From assembly GCF_002113885.1 (NCBI RefSeq), contig NW_018408798.1:151410-215409 (forward strand): a stretch of 64,000 bases of DNA, written 5' to 3'. Below, piece after piece: positions 13,244 to 28,100 of this stretch. Origin of the DNA: Mizuhopecten yessoensis (Eukaryota). The notes beneath the pieces were generated by a model. It did not search any database, was not told the DNA's origin, and worked only from the letters and a program-made list of their open reading frames with translations. The translations under genes were made by a program, and so were the position numbers. The first letter of the stretch is position 1. Every line of letters begins with the position of its first letter.

Positions 13244-13818
13244 CCCCTTTCTATAATAAGTGACTTTTTAAAGAGTGAAGAAGACCTCCACTGGTCATCA
13301 ATATGGTCCAAATTAATCCAAGGGAAATGTTTAGTCTGACCCAATAACTACAATGATGAGCTACATAAATAAGTAAGAATTGGCTGTGTCCTAGACCAGC
13401 AGGGATATCGGAGCCACCATAGCACTGCCACAGAACCGTAGACAATCGGCTTGTTGTGGCCCCACGAGGATCCTTTGTGACGTACACATACATCCGCCCC
13501 GTGAAGGGAAAAGAGGAGGACTTGCCATTTTGTGTTAATTAATTGCTGTAGTTGAAGCCTGCCTTTTGGGACAGACATTGGATATCTGTAAGTCTGCTGG
13601 AGACCTGGGTCAGTCGGTAGCATGATACAAGAACTTAACTTGTTTAAACACCCATTATATGTCAATCCAATTAGCATCAAACTATCAGTTTTGAAACTCC
13701 ATTCTTTTCAATAAAAAAAAGCTGTGGAATAAGAAAGGAGTTGAATTTAAAAACTGAAGATCTAGAGTACTAATGGGATTAGAGATCTTAGCTTCTGTAC
13801 AGTGGAAGTGTAAACAGT

Positions 13819-16800
13819 TTCTGTGCTGACGGCTATGTTATCAGTGTCTGTGCTGACGGCTATGTTAACAGTGTCTGTGCTGACGGCTATGTTAACAGTG
13901 TCTGTGCTGACGGCTATGTTATCAGTGTCTGTGCTGATGGCTATGTTATCAGTGTCTGTGCTGACGGCTATGTTAACAGTGTCTGTGCTGACGGCTATGT
14001 TAACAGTGTCTGTGCTGACGGCTATGTTAACAGTGTCTGTGCTGACGGCTATGTTAACAGTGTCTGTGCTGACGGCTATGTTAACAGTGTCTGTGCTGAC
14101 GGCTATGTTAACAGTGTCTGTGCTGACGGCTATGTTAACAGTGTCTGTGCTGACGGCTATGTTAACAGTGTCTGTGCTGACGGCTATGTTAACAGTGTCT
14201 GTGCTGACGGCTATGTTAACAGTGTCTGTGCTGACGGCTATGTTAACAGTGTCTGTGCTGACGGCTATGTTAACAGTGTCTGTGCTGACGGCTATGTTAA
14301 CAGTGTCTGTGCTGACGGCTATGTTAACAGTGTCTGTGCTGACGGCTATGTTAACAGTGTCTGTGCTGACGGCTATGTTAACAGTGTCTGTGCTGACGGC
14401 TATGTTAACAGTGTCTGTGCTGACGGCTATGTTAACAGTGTCTGTGCTGACGGCTATGTTAACAGTGTCTGTGCTGACGGCTATGTTAACAGTGTCTGTG
14501 CTGACGGCTATGTTAACAGTGTCTGTGCTGACGGCTATGTTAACAGTGTCTGTGCTGACGGCTATGTTAACAGTGTCTGTGCTGACGGCTATGTTAACAG
14601 TGTCTGTGCTGACGGCTATGTTAACAGTGTCTGTGCTGACGGCTATGTTAACAGTGTCTGTGCTGACGGCTATGTTAACAGTGTCTGTGCTGACGGCTAT
14701 GTTAACAGTGTCTGTGCTGACGGCTATGTTAACAGTGTCTGTGCTGACGGCTATGTTAACAGTGTCTGTGCTGACGGCTATGTTAACAGTGTCTGTGCTG
14801 ACGGCTATGTTAACAGTGTCTGTGCTGACGGCTATGTTAACAGTGTCTGTGCTGACGGCTATGTTAACAGTGTCTGTGCTGACGGCTATGTTAACAGTGT
14901 CTGTGCTGACGGCTATGTTAACAGTGTCTGTGCTGACGGCTATGTTAACAGTGTCTGTGCTGACGGCTATGTTAACAGTGTCTGTGCTGACGGCTATGTT
15001 AACAGTGTCTGTGCTGACGGCTATGTTAACAGTGTCTGTGCTGACGGCTATGTTAACAGTGTCTGTGCTGACGGCTATGTTAACAGTGTCTGTGCTGACG
15101 GCTATGTTAACAGTGTCTGTGCTGACGGCTATGTTAACAGTGTCTGTGCTGACGGCTATGTTAACAGTGTCTGTGCTGACGGCTATGTTAACAGTGTCTG
15201 TGCTGACGGCTATGTTAACAGTGTCTGTGCTGACGGCTATGTTAACAGTGTCTGTGCTGACGGCTATGTTAACAGTGTCTGTGCTGACGGCTATGTTAAC
15301 AGTGTCTGTGCTGACGGCTATGTTAACAGTGTCTGTGCTGACGGCTATGTTAACAGTGTCTGTGCTGACGGCTATGTTAACAGTGTCTGTGCTGACGGCT
15401 ATGTTAACAGTGTCTGTGCTGACGGCTATGTTAACAGTGTCTGTGCTGACGGCTATGTTAACAGTGTCTGTGCTGACGGCTATGTTAACAGTGTCTGTGC
15501 TGACGGCTATGTTAACAGTGTCTGTGCTGACGGCTATGTTAACAGTGTCTGTGCTGACGGCTATGTTAACAGTGTCTGTGCTGACGGCTATGTTAACAGT
15601 GTCTGTGCTGACGGCTATGTTAACAGTGTCTGTGCTGACGGCTATGTTAACAGTGTCTGTGCTGACGGCTATGTTAACAGTGTCTGTGCTGACGGCTATG
15701 TTAACAGTGTCTGTGCTGACGGCTATGTTAACAGTGTCTGTGCTGACGGCTATGTTAACAGTGTCTGTGCTGACGGCTATGTTAACAGTGTCTGTGCTGA
15801 CGGCTATGTTAACAGTGTCTGTGCTGACGGCTATGTTAACAGTGTCTGTGCTGACGGCTATGTTAACAGTGTCTGTGCTGACGGCTATGTTAACAGTGTC
15901 TGTGCTGACGGCTATGTTAACAGTGTCTGTGCTGACGGCTATGTTAACAGTGTCTGTGCTGACGGCTATGTTAACAGTGTCTGTGCTGACGGCTATGTTA
16001 ACAGTGTCTGTGCTGACGGCTATGTTAACAGTGTCTGTGCTGACGGCTATGTTAACAGTGTCTGTGCTGATTGCTATGTTAACAGTCTCTGTGCTGTCGG
16101 CTATGTAAACAGTGTCTGTGCTGACGGCTATGTTATCAGTGTCTGTGCTGATTGCTAAGTTATCAGTGTCTGTGCTGACGGCTATGTTAACAGTGTCTGT
16201 GCTGACGGCTATGTTAACAGTGTCTGTGCTGACGGCTATGTTAACAGTATCGGTACTGACGGCTATGTTAACAGTGTCTGTGCTGTCGGCTATGTTAACA
16301 GTGTCTGTGCTGATGGCTATGTTAACAGTGTCTGTGCTGACGGCTATGTTAACAGTGTCTGTGCTGACGTCTATGTTAACAGTGTCTGTGCTGATTGCTA
16401 TGTTAACAGTCTCTGTGCTGTCGGCTATGTAAACAGTGTCTGTGCTGATGGCTATGTTAACCGTGTCTGTGCTGAAGGCTATGTTAACAGTGTCTGTGCT
16501 GACGGCTTTGTTAACAGTGTCTGTGCTGATAGCTATGTTAACAGTGTCTGTCCTGTCGGCTGTGTTAACAGTGTCTGTGCTGACAGCTATGTTAACAGTG
16601 TCTGTGCTGACAGCTATGTTAACGTGTCTGTGCTGACGGCTATGTTAACAGTGTCTGTGCTGACGGCTATGTTAACCATGTCTGTGCTGAAGGCTATGTT
16701 AACAGTGTCTGTGCTGATAGCTATGTTAACCATGTCTGTGCTGAAGGCTATGTTAACAGTGTCTGTGCCGACGGCTATGTTAACAGTGTCTGTGCCGATG

Positions 16801-17211
16801 GCTATGTTTACAGTGTCTGTGCCGACAGCTATGTTAACCATGTCTGTGCTGAATGCTATGTTAACAGTGTCTGTGCTGATTGCTATGTTAACCATGTCTG
16901 TGATGAAGGCTATGTTAACAGTGTCTGTGCTGACGGCTATGTTAACAGTGTCTGTGCTGACTGCTCTGTTTACAGTGTCGGTGCTGACGGCTATGTTAAC
17001 AGTGTCTGTGCTGACGGCTATGTTAAAAGTGTCTGTGCCGACGGCTATGTTAACCGTGTCTGTGCTGAAGGCTATGTTAACAGTGTCTGTGCTGATTGCT
17101 ATGTTAACCATGTCTGTGCTGAAGGCTATGTTAACAGTGTCTGTGCTGACGGCTATGTTAACAGTGTCTGTGCTGACTGCTCTGTTTACAGTGTCTGTGC
17201 CGATGGCTATA
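13819..17211 (+). repeat. 27-bp minisatellite (GTGCTGACGGCTATGTTAACAGTGTCT), ~125 copies
   Basis: Apparently invariant ~13960-16068, diverged right third; source of the spurious 761-aa (LTAMLTVSV)n ORF. Confidence 0.98.
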
Positions 17212-17699
17212 TCTATTTCTTACCTGTTAACATTTCACCTATACAAACTCAAAAAATGAAAAATCAACTTCCAAAGTTAAACGATTTTGTCTTCCTCTTA
17301 GGATTGACTGAACTCCTTTTCAGAATTTGCTTTTCAAAAAATAAAGGTTTTTAAAAACAAATTATTTAATAATGCAAGGAATCATTTTTGGATATTCATG
17401 TTAGTAATAATTTGATAAATACATATTAACATTGCCTTTAATTTATATCATTTTTGTTATTAATCGAAGTCAGGTAATTACATAGATTTTCTTTAATTTT
17501 ACCTGATTCTGTGATTCCGTTGATATCTTCTTTGAATGTCACTTTGCTGTTTAATTTTACCTCAAGTTATGTCTTCAACTGATTTTAAAATTTGAAATGT
17601 AATCTTCTTTTTTAAAATTATGTTAGATTTATCTCCCTTTAATTACAATCAGTAACTAATTTCCTTGATGATGTACATTTACCCGGTAAACATTACAAA

Positions 17700-17850
17700 T
17701 GCAGATATATCGCCGACCCTGTTAGGACAGATACACGTCGCCGACCTTGTTAGGACAGATACACGTCGCCGACCCTGTTAGGACAGATACACGTCGCCGA
17801 CCCTGTTAGGACAGATACACTTCGCCGACCCTGTTAAGAGACACACGTCA
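17700..17850 (+). repeat. 28-bp minisatellite (CGCCGACCCTGTTAGGACAGATACACGT), ~5 copies
   Basis: Unit read directly. Confidence 0.92.
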
Positions 17851-18504
17851 TGTAGCAGAAGATGTTAACTCCATATCTCTGCCATCTATTGATGTTGTAA
17901 GATTGAAAATGCTCTGTAAATCACAGTCATCTATATGATTGACCTTCCCCCATAGAAACCTAATATTACATTTTCAGCCCTATCTGATGGAAGCTTGCAT
18001 TATTAGTCATTTAACTATGGCCAAGTCAGGCCCATCTATCACTTAAGATTTGAAATATTGCCATTTGTCCTTATTGCGTCCTAGATCAAGGAACAGGAAT
18101 GTCCTGGGCTTGACCTTTTTTTCGTTGTATGCAAGGATATTTAGAAAATGGCCAATATAAAGCGTTTTTGTTCTCCTTGTCACCGTGTCCTTCAGGCGAT
18201 GTCATGACTAAAGAGATAGACCAACAAAGACTCGGAGACTCAATACGGGGCTGCTGGGTGAACGCGATGTGATGGCTTACATATGGTTTATTGATGGTCA
18301 GTTCCGAGATAGAAAACTGAGGAGAGTTGGAGAGTCGGTAGACTGCACGGCCTCTCACTACACATTGTATCACTTTCACCAATGACTTTTCTCTGGAGAG
18401 CTGATGTTGATGTGGTGTTAGATATTTGCCAGTAACAATCTTGAATTATGTTTGTTTACCTTTGCTACCCATTTACATGTTTGAAAGCATTGGTAATTTT
18501 GGTA

Positions 18505-18908
18505 ATTGCAACCTTTGGTAACTTAGCTGTTTGTATCCTTTGGTAACTTAGCTGTTTGTATCCTTTGGTAACTTAGCTATTTGTATCCTTTGGTAACTTA
18601 GCTGTTTGTAACCTTTGGTAACTTAGCTGTTTGTATCCTTTGGTAACCTAGCTGTTTGTATCCTTTGGTAACTTAGCTATTTGTATCCTTTGGTAACTTA
18701 GCTGTTTGTATCCTTTGGTACCTTAGCTGTTTGTAACCTTTGGTAACTTAGCTGTTTGTAACCTTTGGTAAGTTGTCTGTTTGTATCTTTTGGTACCTTA
18801 GCTGTTTGTATCCTTTGGTAACTTAGCTGTTTGTATCCTTTGGTAACTCAGCTGTTTGTATCCTTTGGTACCTTAGCTGTTTGTATCCTTTGGTAAGTTG
18901 TCTGTTTA
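18505..18908 (+). repeat. 25-bp minisatellite (CTTTGGTAACTTAGCTGTTTGTATC), ~16 copies
   Basis: Unit read directly. Confidence 0.95.
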
Positions 18909-19379
18909 CTAATGGTTTGTAGATATTTAAGTATTGATGATCAGTCACTAAGTTTGTTGAATTGAAATATTGTTAGCCATTTCTGTTTTTGTGTCATTCA
19001 ATGATTTGGGGTTTTACACCTTTTTTGTTAAGTTATTGCAAGATTCCCTGAGAAACAAAGCTTTGCATTTGGTATCATTGCAACACTTTTCGGGAATTAA
19101 ATATGCATAATTGAGAGTGATTAGCCTAAACTGTGTAAAAGCAGTTTATGAACATTTGCTGATTTGATTGGCTACATGATGTTTCCCACCTCTGAATATC
19201 CATAGTCTTGATCATAAAGATGATTGAAGCCTCCCACAAAACAGAAACATCTTAATGATCTTGACTACCTTATACACATCAGAAAATGTCATCATTATCC
19301 ATCTTCAACGTATTGGGAATGTGATGGAGCCTGCCAGGTTGATTTTTACACCAGAACATCTTGTGACATGAACTTGTGT

Positions 19380-20226
19380 GAGTAAATTACATAGCTTGTA
19401 TTACAGGAGTAAATTACATAGCTTGTATTACAGGAGGAAATTACATAGCTTGTATTACAGGAGGAAATTACATAGCCTGTATTACAGGAGGAAATTACAT
19501 AGCTTGTATTACAGGAGTAAATTACATACCTTGTATTACAGGAGTAAATTACATAGCTTGTATTACAGGAGGAAATTACATAGCCTGTATTACAGGAGGC
19601 AATTACATAGCTTGTATTACAGGAGGAAATTACATAGCCTGTATTACAGGAGGCAATTACATAGCTTGTATTACAGGAGGAAATTACATAGCCTGTATTA
19701 CAGGAGGCAATTACATAGCTTGTATTACAGGAGGAAATTACATAGCCTGTATTACAGGAGGCAATTACATAGCTTGTATTACAGGAGGAAATTACATAGC
19801 TTGCATTACAGGAGGAAATTACATAGCTTGTATTACGGGAGGAAATTACATAGCTTGTATTACGGGAGAAAATTACATAGCTTGTATTACAGGAGGAAAT
19901 TACATAGCCTGTATTACAGGAGGAAATTACATAGCTTGTATTACGGGAGTAAATTACATAGCTTGTATTACAGGAGGAAATTACATAGCCTGTATTACAG
20001 GAGGCAATTACATAGCTTGTATTACAGGAGGAAATTACATAGCCTGTATTACAGGAGGCAATTACATAGCTTGTATTACAGGAGGAAATTACATAGCCTG
20101 TATTACAGGAGGAAATTAAATAGCTTGTATTACAGGAGGAAATTACATAGCTTGTATTACAGGAATAAATTACATAGCTTGTATTACAGGAATAAATTAC
20201 ATAGCTTTGTATTACAGGAGTAAATT
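19380..20226 (+). repeat. 27-bp minisatellite (AGGAAATTACATAGCTTGTATTACAGG), ~31 copies
   Basis: Unit read directly; local 54-bp dimer (AGGAAA..CCTG / AGGCAA..CTTG). Confidence 0.97.
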
Positions 20227-20957
20227 GTTATCAAATCAGCAAAAGATGTTAGTATGCTGAAATAAAAGTTAAAAGTAAAATATTTTGGCATAGATATCTC
20301 ATTTTCAGCAATGTGTCCATAATGTAGGAGATGTTACATAGTCATCCGAAAGGTTTACGTAAGCTTACACTTGCGGGTTTAATTTTCAGTCAGTGGTAAT
20401 TTTGGATGTTTACAGTCTTTGATGATTTGGCTGTAGATCATATTAGCTAATTGGAATTTTTGCAGTGATTTGGATTTTTGCAGCAAGTTGTGATTAGGTG
20501 TATGTTTGTTTGAAGGTGTGGGATATCAGTTAATTGTTCATTGTCGTCAATAAGCCCTCGGTTTATGTAGGAACTCGGTGAGCCGGATTAGTTTGGCTGC
20601 TGGGTTAATGTTTTGTGCGACAGTCTTACATTGACGACTCCACGGATTTTATGTGGATCCAGTGATGAATAGTGTTAATTAAAGTTTGAGTATAGAATTA
20701 GAAGTCATTGGAATCAATGGTGCTGCACGTCATGGTTCTACACATAAAATCCCTCACAGAACAAAATCTCTAAACAAATAGACATGGGTCGATCATCTTG
20801 AGATCATCCGGACTGCTGTCTCAGGTAAAGCATCAGAGATATGGCGCCCTTGTTTGCAGCTGTGTACTGAATCCTTACAGTCAGGATATCAGTTTCTGAA
20901 AAATACAACAAGTATTCATGATACAGGAATTTTCAGAGAAAGTAATTAATTACCGTT

Positions 20958-21176
20958 TCTTAAGGCTATATGCTAGCTATCTTAATGTGAAATGGAGACT
21001 TAAGGATGTATGCTAGCTATCTTAATGTGAAATGGAGACTTAAGGATGTATGCAACATACCTTACTGTATAATGGAGACTTAAGGGTGTATGCTACCTTA
21101 CATTGACAGGGAGACTTAAGGATGTATGTTACCTTACATCTAATGGAAACTTAAGGCAGTATGCTACCTTAAGGTT
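20958..21176 (+). repeat. Degenerate 37-40-bp tandem repeat (CTTAAGGATGTATGCTA..TGGAGA), ~5-6 copies
   Basis: TGCTAGCTATCTTAATGTGAAATGGAGACTTAAGG at 20971 and 21011, then decaying copies. Confidence 0.85.
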
Positions 21177-23402
21177 GACTCCCTGTCTAGAGAGACCAAC
21201 TTTTATTGTCAACTACCTGTCTCACGAGAGACTACCTGTCATCGTAGACTTTATGTTTCTAGAGACACTATCTGTTAATGTAAGGAAAATTGGAACTTTT
21301 GTCTTTATTCCGTCACAGGAACATTTAACCATATAGAGATACCAGAATGAGCCAACAAGTACAGGTAACCCCCAGACAGTATAAAGCGGTTTAGATACAG
21401 TATTGAGGAATCCGAAGTTCCCCACCATTACCTCAGCTTCAGGCACTGCTGTACTCATAACACGGAAATCCAAGACAAATATATTCTGAGTGGCATATCA
21501 AAATAATGAGATTGAAATGAAACTAGTCATTACATTGATACAGAATTATGTGTACATCATTGTAAATGGCTATTAAATGATTACACAATTTATTTTGCTG
21601 CTTCCAATGTTGGTTTGTTTAATGAGTTTCCCACGTGACGAGGGATATGCACCTGCTGAAATAAATTGGTCTTATTGATAAGTTCCGCAATAACATTTCT
21701 CAAAATCCATGCCTGGTATAGAAATGAAGATGGTGGTGTTTGGTTAGATAGAGACCGCATGAAATTCAGTGATTTTATGTTAATGAGAACCTATGTATTC
21801 AATTTGTATTCAAAACTGATTTGATTTCACACGTTGATCACTACAGTAAATGTAGATTTCCAATTTACTAGCACTGTCCAAGATAAATTCAAATATCGAA
21901 GGGGTGCATGGCAATTAATTGTACACATTTCAAATGAAGTATAGGACCAAAAATGAATTTCAAATTTAATTTTGAATATATGCATTTGAAATCTTATGGT
22001 ACATGTATTTTGTGAGAAATCTTTTCATGTTTGATTTGTAAGGTTAGTTGATTGTGAATTCTTGGGAAGTTTAATTCAGAACCAATAACATGATGACCAA
22101 AAGTAAAAAATATAAAGTATGTATATGGTCCGTCCGCTCTCTGTAGAGAGTAACAAAAACATTTGTGTTATCTTGAGGTATACACAGTCCTTTGGAGCCT
22201 CATGTGACATGTTTTTCTTTTGTTGTTTGCTGTACTGGAATCAAAATACACCCAACGCTGTGGAAAGTGAAGGCCGTTTCTGTGAGCATTATGCATGCCA
22301 GTTCTAACATCTTATCACAATAAAGGTCTCCCAGTTGTAAATACCAATATGGATTTCCCCTTATCAGAACAATATGCACCTCCCCCAAACATCAAATCCA
22401 TTAAAAGCTAGCTCTGTGAAAGTTTTTTCTATAAAACTAGGGAAAAAAACTGCCTTATCTCTGCAAACTGCATTAGCTCATCACCATAGCAACCATACTA
22501 ACATTGCCCAATAACAGTTGGGTAAGTGAAACAAATTTGACGGTGTTTCTAGGAATGTCAATATCGTATCAATTTTATTTGTACACTATCTCTTGAACAT
22601 AAAACACATTCCTTCTGTATTGCCATTGCGAGATAAATTTTAATGCTGGGTGTAATCCTGTGTATTACAGTCACTGTTTACTGAACGAAACTAGAAAACA
22701 AACAACATTGATAAATCTGTAATTTTATTTTTCTATGATGATTAATAACTATTTTTTCTTAAAAATCTTGATCAATCATTATTCTAAGTTGCAAGTTGCC
22801 CACTTTTGAGTTTTATGTTTTTTTAAGATTGTTGTGCTCATTACATGTAACTTGTCACTTTTTCCTAACCGTGTTAAATCAGCAGATTGATGTCACCGCA
22901 AAATCACAAAAATAAAAACACTGCCACATTAAAACTGCTTTTACCCAGAACCCTACAATTCTGTAATTGTGAATTTCTCTGTATTTGAAAAATAATATCA
23001 CACGTACCTCAGGCTAATCCCAAAACTTTGTATAAGACTTTTGGTATTTTATATAGATTGTAAAATGTAAGTACCAGGGTACATGCTCCATATTTGTGAT
23101 TTATGTTACAGTTATCTCCCTTAGATTTTTGTAATTAATCTTATCTAATATTTGATATACATTTAGTTTTCTGAACAATTTAAATGTGTCACAAACTAAT
23201 TGACAAAGACCAATTTACTATTTATAAAAGATATTTTAGAGTGTCTTACTTTGAAACACTTTTGGAGAGGGTATATACATCTCACAGTAATGTGTCATAC
23301 GACCTTAAAGCTCCTAGCATGAATTTGTATGCATGGTAACACAGTAAACTCTCCATCAAGAAATTGATCCATATTGTTATCTTGGCATCAGTTTCACAAA
23401 TA

Positions 23403-23915
23403 TTCCTTAACCTGATGAGATTCCTTAACCTGATGAGATTCCTTAACCTGATGAGATTCCTTAACCTGATGAGATTCCTTAACCTGATGAGATTCCTTAA
23501 CCTGATGAGATTCCTTAACCTGATGAGATTCCTTAACCTGATGAGATTCCTTAACCTGATGAGATTCCTTAACCTGATGAGATTCCTTAACCTGATGAGA
23601 TTCCTTAACCTGATGAGATTCCTTAACCTGATGAGATTCCTTAACCTGATGAGATTCCTTAACCTGATGAGATTCCTTAACCTGATGAGATTCCTTAACC
23701 TGATGAGATTCCTTAACCTGATGAGATTCCTTAACCTGATGAGATTCCTTAACCTGATGAGATTCCTTAACCTGATGAGATTCCTTAACCTGATGAGATT
23801 CCTTAACCTGATGAGATTCCTTAACCTGATGAGATTCCTTAACCTGATGAGATTCCTTAACCTGATGAGATTCCTTAACCTGATGAGATTCCTTAACCTG
23901 ATGAGATTCCTTAAC
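23403..23915 (+). repeat. 18-bp minisatellite (TTCCTTAACCTGATGAGA), ~28 identical copies
   Basis: Unit read directly; explains three overlapping repetitive ORFs. Confidence 0.98.
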
Positions 23916-25186
23916 ATAAGTTTTCCCAGAGAAAAGCATTTGCTGAATCAAGAAAAATGATCTTAAATAAGGAAACTTTCCTTAAGTTCAGTAATACGGG
24001 TGGTTCTTTAACAAGTTTAAGTTAAGGAATTTACTAGGTTATGGTATATTCATGAAATCTGAGCCAGCTACCAGGCTTTTTCATTCCTTGACTTATTACC
24101 CACCTCTGGCATGCTCCTTGCAAAATAAATGACATGTCTATATGTTTTTGTGAGAATTGCTATTTACATTATTTAGCTGTGTGACACAGTTTAAAGGAAG
24201 ATCTAACATTGATTGACATATATTTGAAGATAACAGTTTATCAAACATAAAATCATTCAGTGGTTTTATTTATTTTGAAATGTACATGAAAATAACCAAA
24301 TGTATAATGTGTACTTTTGAGACAGATGGTGAGGCTACTGGGCCCAGGGTGATGGATGGTCGATGACAGACAGCTGATTATTCTTCCTTGATGTAAATGA
24401 ATGAAATTAGTGTCACTTGTCCTACAACGAAAGCTTGCATAACTTGACAATTGACGACATATTTGTACCTTTGTTACTATCAATAAATGGGAATCAGGAA
24501 ATAATCTGAAATTGAATTTTCTGTTATCTTAGAAACAGTTTGATTATAAACGAATTGGGTAAGAAATCAGAGAAATCTCCATCACAATTTTAAGGATGGC
24601 TTTTGTTGTCAAAAAGCTGCGAGTATCATGTGACAAGGAGATTGGCTGATTTCCGGGGATTGTTGTTGCTATCCGACCCATCAGATGATTGTAACATCAG
24701 GTTGCTCAGCGGAGGCCAGTAGTGTTATAAGGTACAGCATGGGTAGACACAAAAAAGGACTAGTCCACAGGGATTATATTGACTTTGTGGTATATAATAT
24801 TATTTGGGGAAATAGAAACAGGTATTGATGATCAGCTGGTGTTGAAAGTACATCTTTGATGTAACAGATAATAACGTGAGGTTGAATATTGGTCACAAAT
24901 TGAATCAAATTGGCACAGAGAGATATTGCTCACAGTAAACTTGTATTAATTTGTGTGGAGATGATGATACACTGGTGCAAGGTTGTTATGGTTACATCAA
25001 CGGGTCTGCCACACAGAAATTTAATAATGATATAAAATAGTTTGTATGTTATCCAACAAGAGTTGTTTAATTGAATTCTGAGTTGTTTCTGTAATTTTCC
25101 TGCAATAGAAGATAGTATCTGATGACAACTTGTTTATATTTTTTAATATTCAATAACTGTTCCATGTACATGGGAACCTCCCATCA

Positions 25187-28100
25187 CTATGGTAACAAGT
25201 AACTTATAATCTCTATGGTAACAAGTGACTTCTGATATCTATGGTAACAAGTAAATTGTGATCTCTATGGTAACAAGTGACTACTGATATCTATGGTAAC
25301 AAGTGACTTCTGATATCTATGGTAACAAGTGACTTCTGATATCTATGTTAATAAGTGACTTCTGATATCTATGTTAATAAGTGACTTCTGATATCTATGG
25401 TATCAAGTGACTTCTGATATCTATGGTATCAAGTGACTTCTGATATCTATGGTATCAAGTGACTTCTGATATCTATGATAACAAGTGACTTCTGATATCT
25501 ATGGTATCAAGTGACTTCTGATATCTATGGTAACAAATGACTTCTGATCTCTACGGTAACAAGTGACTTCTGATCTCTACGGTAACAAGTGACTTCTGAT
25601 CTCTATGGTTTCAAGTGGCTTCTGATCTCTATGGTTTCAAGTGACTTCTGATCTCTACGGTAATAAGTGACTTCTGATCTCTACGGTAATAAGTGACTTC
25701 TGATATCTATGGTAACAAGTGACTTCTGATATCTATGGTAACAAATGACTTCTGATCTCTATGGTTTCAAGTGGCTTCTGATATCTATGGTAACAAGTGA
25801 CTTCTGATATCTATGGTAACAAGTGACTTCTGATATCTATGGTAACAAGTGACTTCTGATATCTATGGTAACAAGTGACTTCTGATATCTATGGTAACAA
25901 GTGACTTCTGATATCTATGGTAACAAGTGACTTCTGATATCTATGGTAACAAGTGACTTCTGATATCTATGGTAACAAGTGACTTCTGATATCTATGGTA
26001 ACAAGTGACTTCTGATATCTATGGTAACAAGTGACTTCTGATATCTATGGTAACAAGTGACTTCTGATATCTATGGTAACAAGTGACTTCTGATATCTAT
26101 GGTAACAAGTGACTTCTGATATCTATGGTAACAAGTGACTTCTGATATCTATGGTAACAAGTGACTTCTGATATCTATGGTAACAAGTGACTTCTGATAT
26201 CTATGGTAACAAGTGACTTCTGATATCTATGGTAACAAGTGACTTCTGATATCTATGGTAACAAGTGACTTCTGATATCTATGGTAACAAGTGACTTCTG
26301 ATATCTATGGTAACAAGTGACTTCTGATATCTATGGTAACAAGTGACTTCTGATATCTATGGTAACAAGTGACTTCTGATATCTATGGTAACAAGTGACT
26401 TCTGATATCTATGGTAACAAGTGACTTCTGATATCTATGGTAACAAGTGACTTCTGATATCTATGGTAACAAGTGACTTCTGATATCTATGGTAACAAGT
26501 GACTTCTGATATCTATGGTAACAAGTGACTTCTGATCTCTATGGTAACAAGTGACTTCTGATCTCTACGGTAATAAGTGACTTCTGATCTCTATGGTTTC
26601 AAGTGGCTTCTGATCTCTTTGGTAACAAGTGACTTCACATATCTATGGTAACAAGTGACTTCTGATATCTATGGTGACAAGTGACTTGTGATCTCTATGT
26701 TAACAATTGAATTCTGATATCTATGGTAACAAGTGACTTCTGATATCTATGGTAACAAGTGACTTGTGATCTCTATGGTAACAAGTGACTTCTGATCTCT
26801 ATGGTTTCAAGTGGCTTCTGATCTCTTTGGTAACAAGTGACTTCACTTATCTATGGTAACAAGTGACTTCTGATATCTATGGTGACAAGTGACTTGTGAT
26901 CTCTATATTAACCAGTGACTTCTGATATATATGGTAACAAGTGACTTGTGATCTCTATGTTAACAAGTGACTTCTGATATCTATGTTAACAAGTGACTTC
27001 TTATATCTATGGTGACAAGTGACTTCTGATATCTATGTTAACAAGTGAATTCTGATATCTATGTTAACAAGTGAATTCTGATATCTATGGTAACAAGTGA
27101 ATTCTGATATCTATGGTAACAAGTGACTTCTGATCTCTATGGTTACAAGTGACTTTTAATCTCTATGGTAACAAGTGACTTATGATCTCTACGGTAATAA
27201 GGGACTTGTGATCTCTACGGTAATAAGTGACTTCTGATCTCTACGGTAACAAGTGACTTCTGATCTCTATGGTAACAAGTGACTTCTGATCTCTATGGTA
27301 ACAAGTGACTTCTAATCTCTATGGTAACGAGTGACTTCTGATCTCTATGGTAACAAGTGAATTCTGATATCTATGGTAACAAGTGACTACTGATCTCTAT
27401 GGTAATAAGTGACTTCTGATCTCTATGTTAACAAGTGAATTCTGATATCTATGGTAACAAGTGACTTCTGATCTCTATGGTAACAAGTGACTTCTGATCT
27501 CTATGGTTTCAAGTGGCTTCTGATCTCTGGTAACAAGTGACTACTGATCTCTATGGTAACAAGTGACTTGTGATCTCTATGGTAACAAGTGAATTCTGAT
27601 ATCTATGTTAACAAGTGAATTCTGATATCTATGGTAACAAGTGACTTCTGATCTCTATGGTAACAAGTGACTTCTGATCTCTATGGTAACAAGTGACTTC
27701 TAATCTCTATGGTAACAAGTGACTTGTGATCTCTATGGTAACAAGTGAATTCTGATATCTATGTTAACAAGTGACTTCTGATCTCTATGGTAACAAGTAA
27801 CTTGTGATCTCTATGGTAACACGTAACTTCTGATCTCTATGGTAACAAGTGAATTCTGATATCTATGGTAACAAGTAACTTCTGATCTCTATGGTAACAA
27901 GTAACTTGTGATCTCTATGGTAACATGTAACTTCTGATCTTTATGGTTACAAGTGACATCTGATCTCTATGGTAACAATTGACTACTGATCTCTATGGTA
28001 ACAAGTGACTTCTGATATCTATGGTAACAAGTGACTTCTGATCTCTATGGTAACAAGTGACTACTGATCTCTATGGTAACAAGTGATTTCTGATATCTAT

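Noticed and set aside
13823-17259. 761-aa and neighbouring (LTAMLTVSV)n ORFs
   Set aside because: Translation of a 27-bp unit that lacks a stop in that frame; no unique N- or C-terminus and no synonymous-site variation pattern
18170-18272. Possible internal exon after a polypyrimidine tract (CCTTCAG|GCGATGTCATGACTAAAGAG...)
   Set aside because: Acceptor is plausible but the donor is weak and the peptide is unrecognisable; kept only as a CpG patch
19378-23960. (KLHSLYYRR)n, (RNLIRL)n, (FLNLMR)n and (KESHQV)n ORFs
   Set aside because: 27- and 18-bp tandem units open in several frames and strands at once
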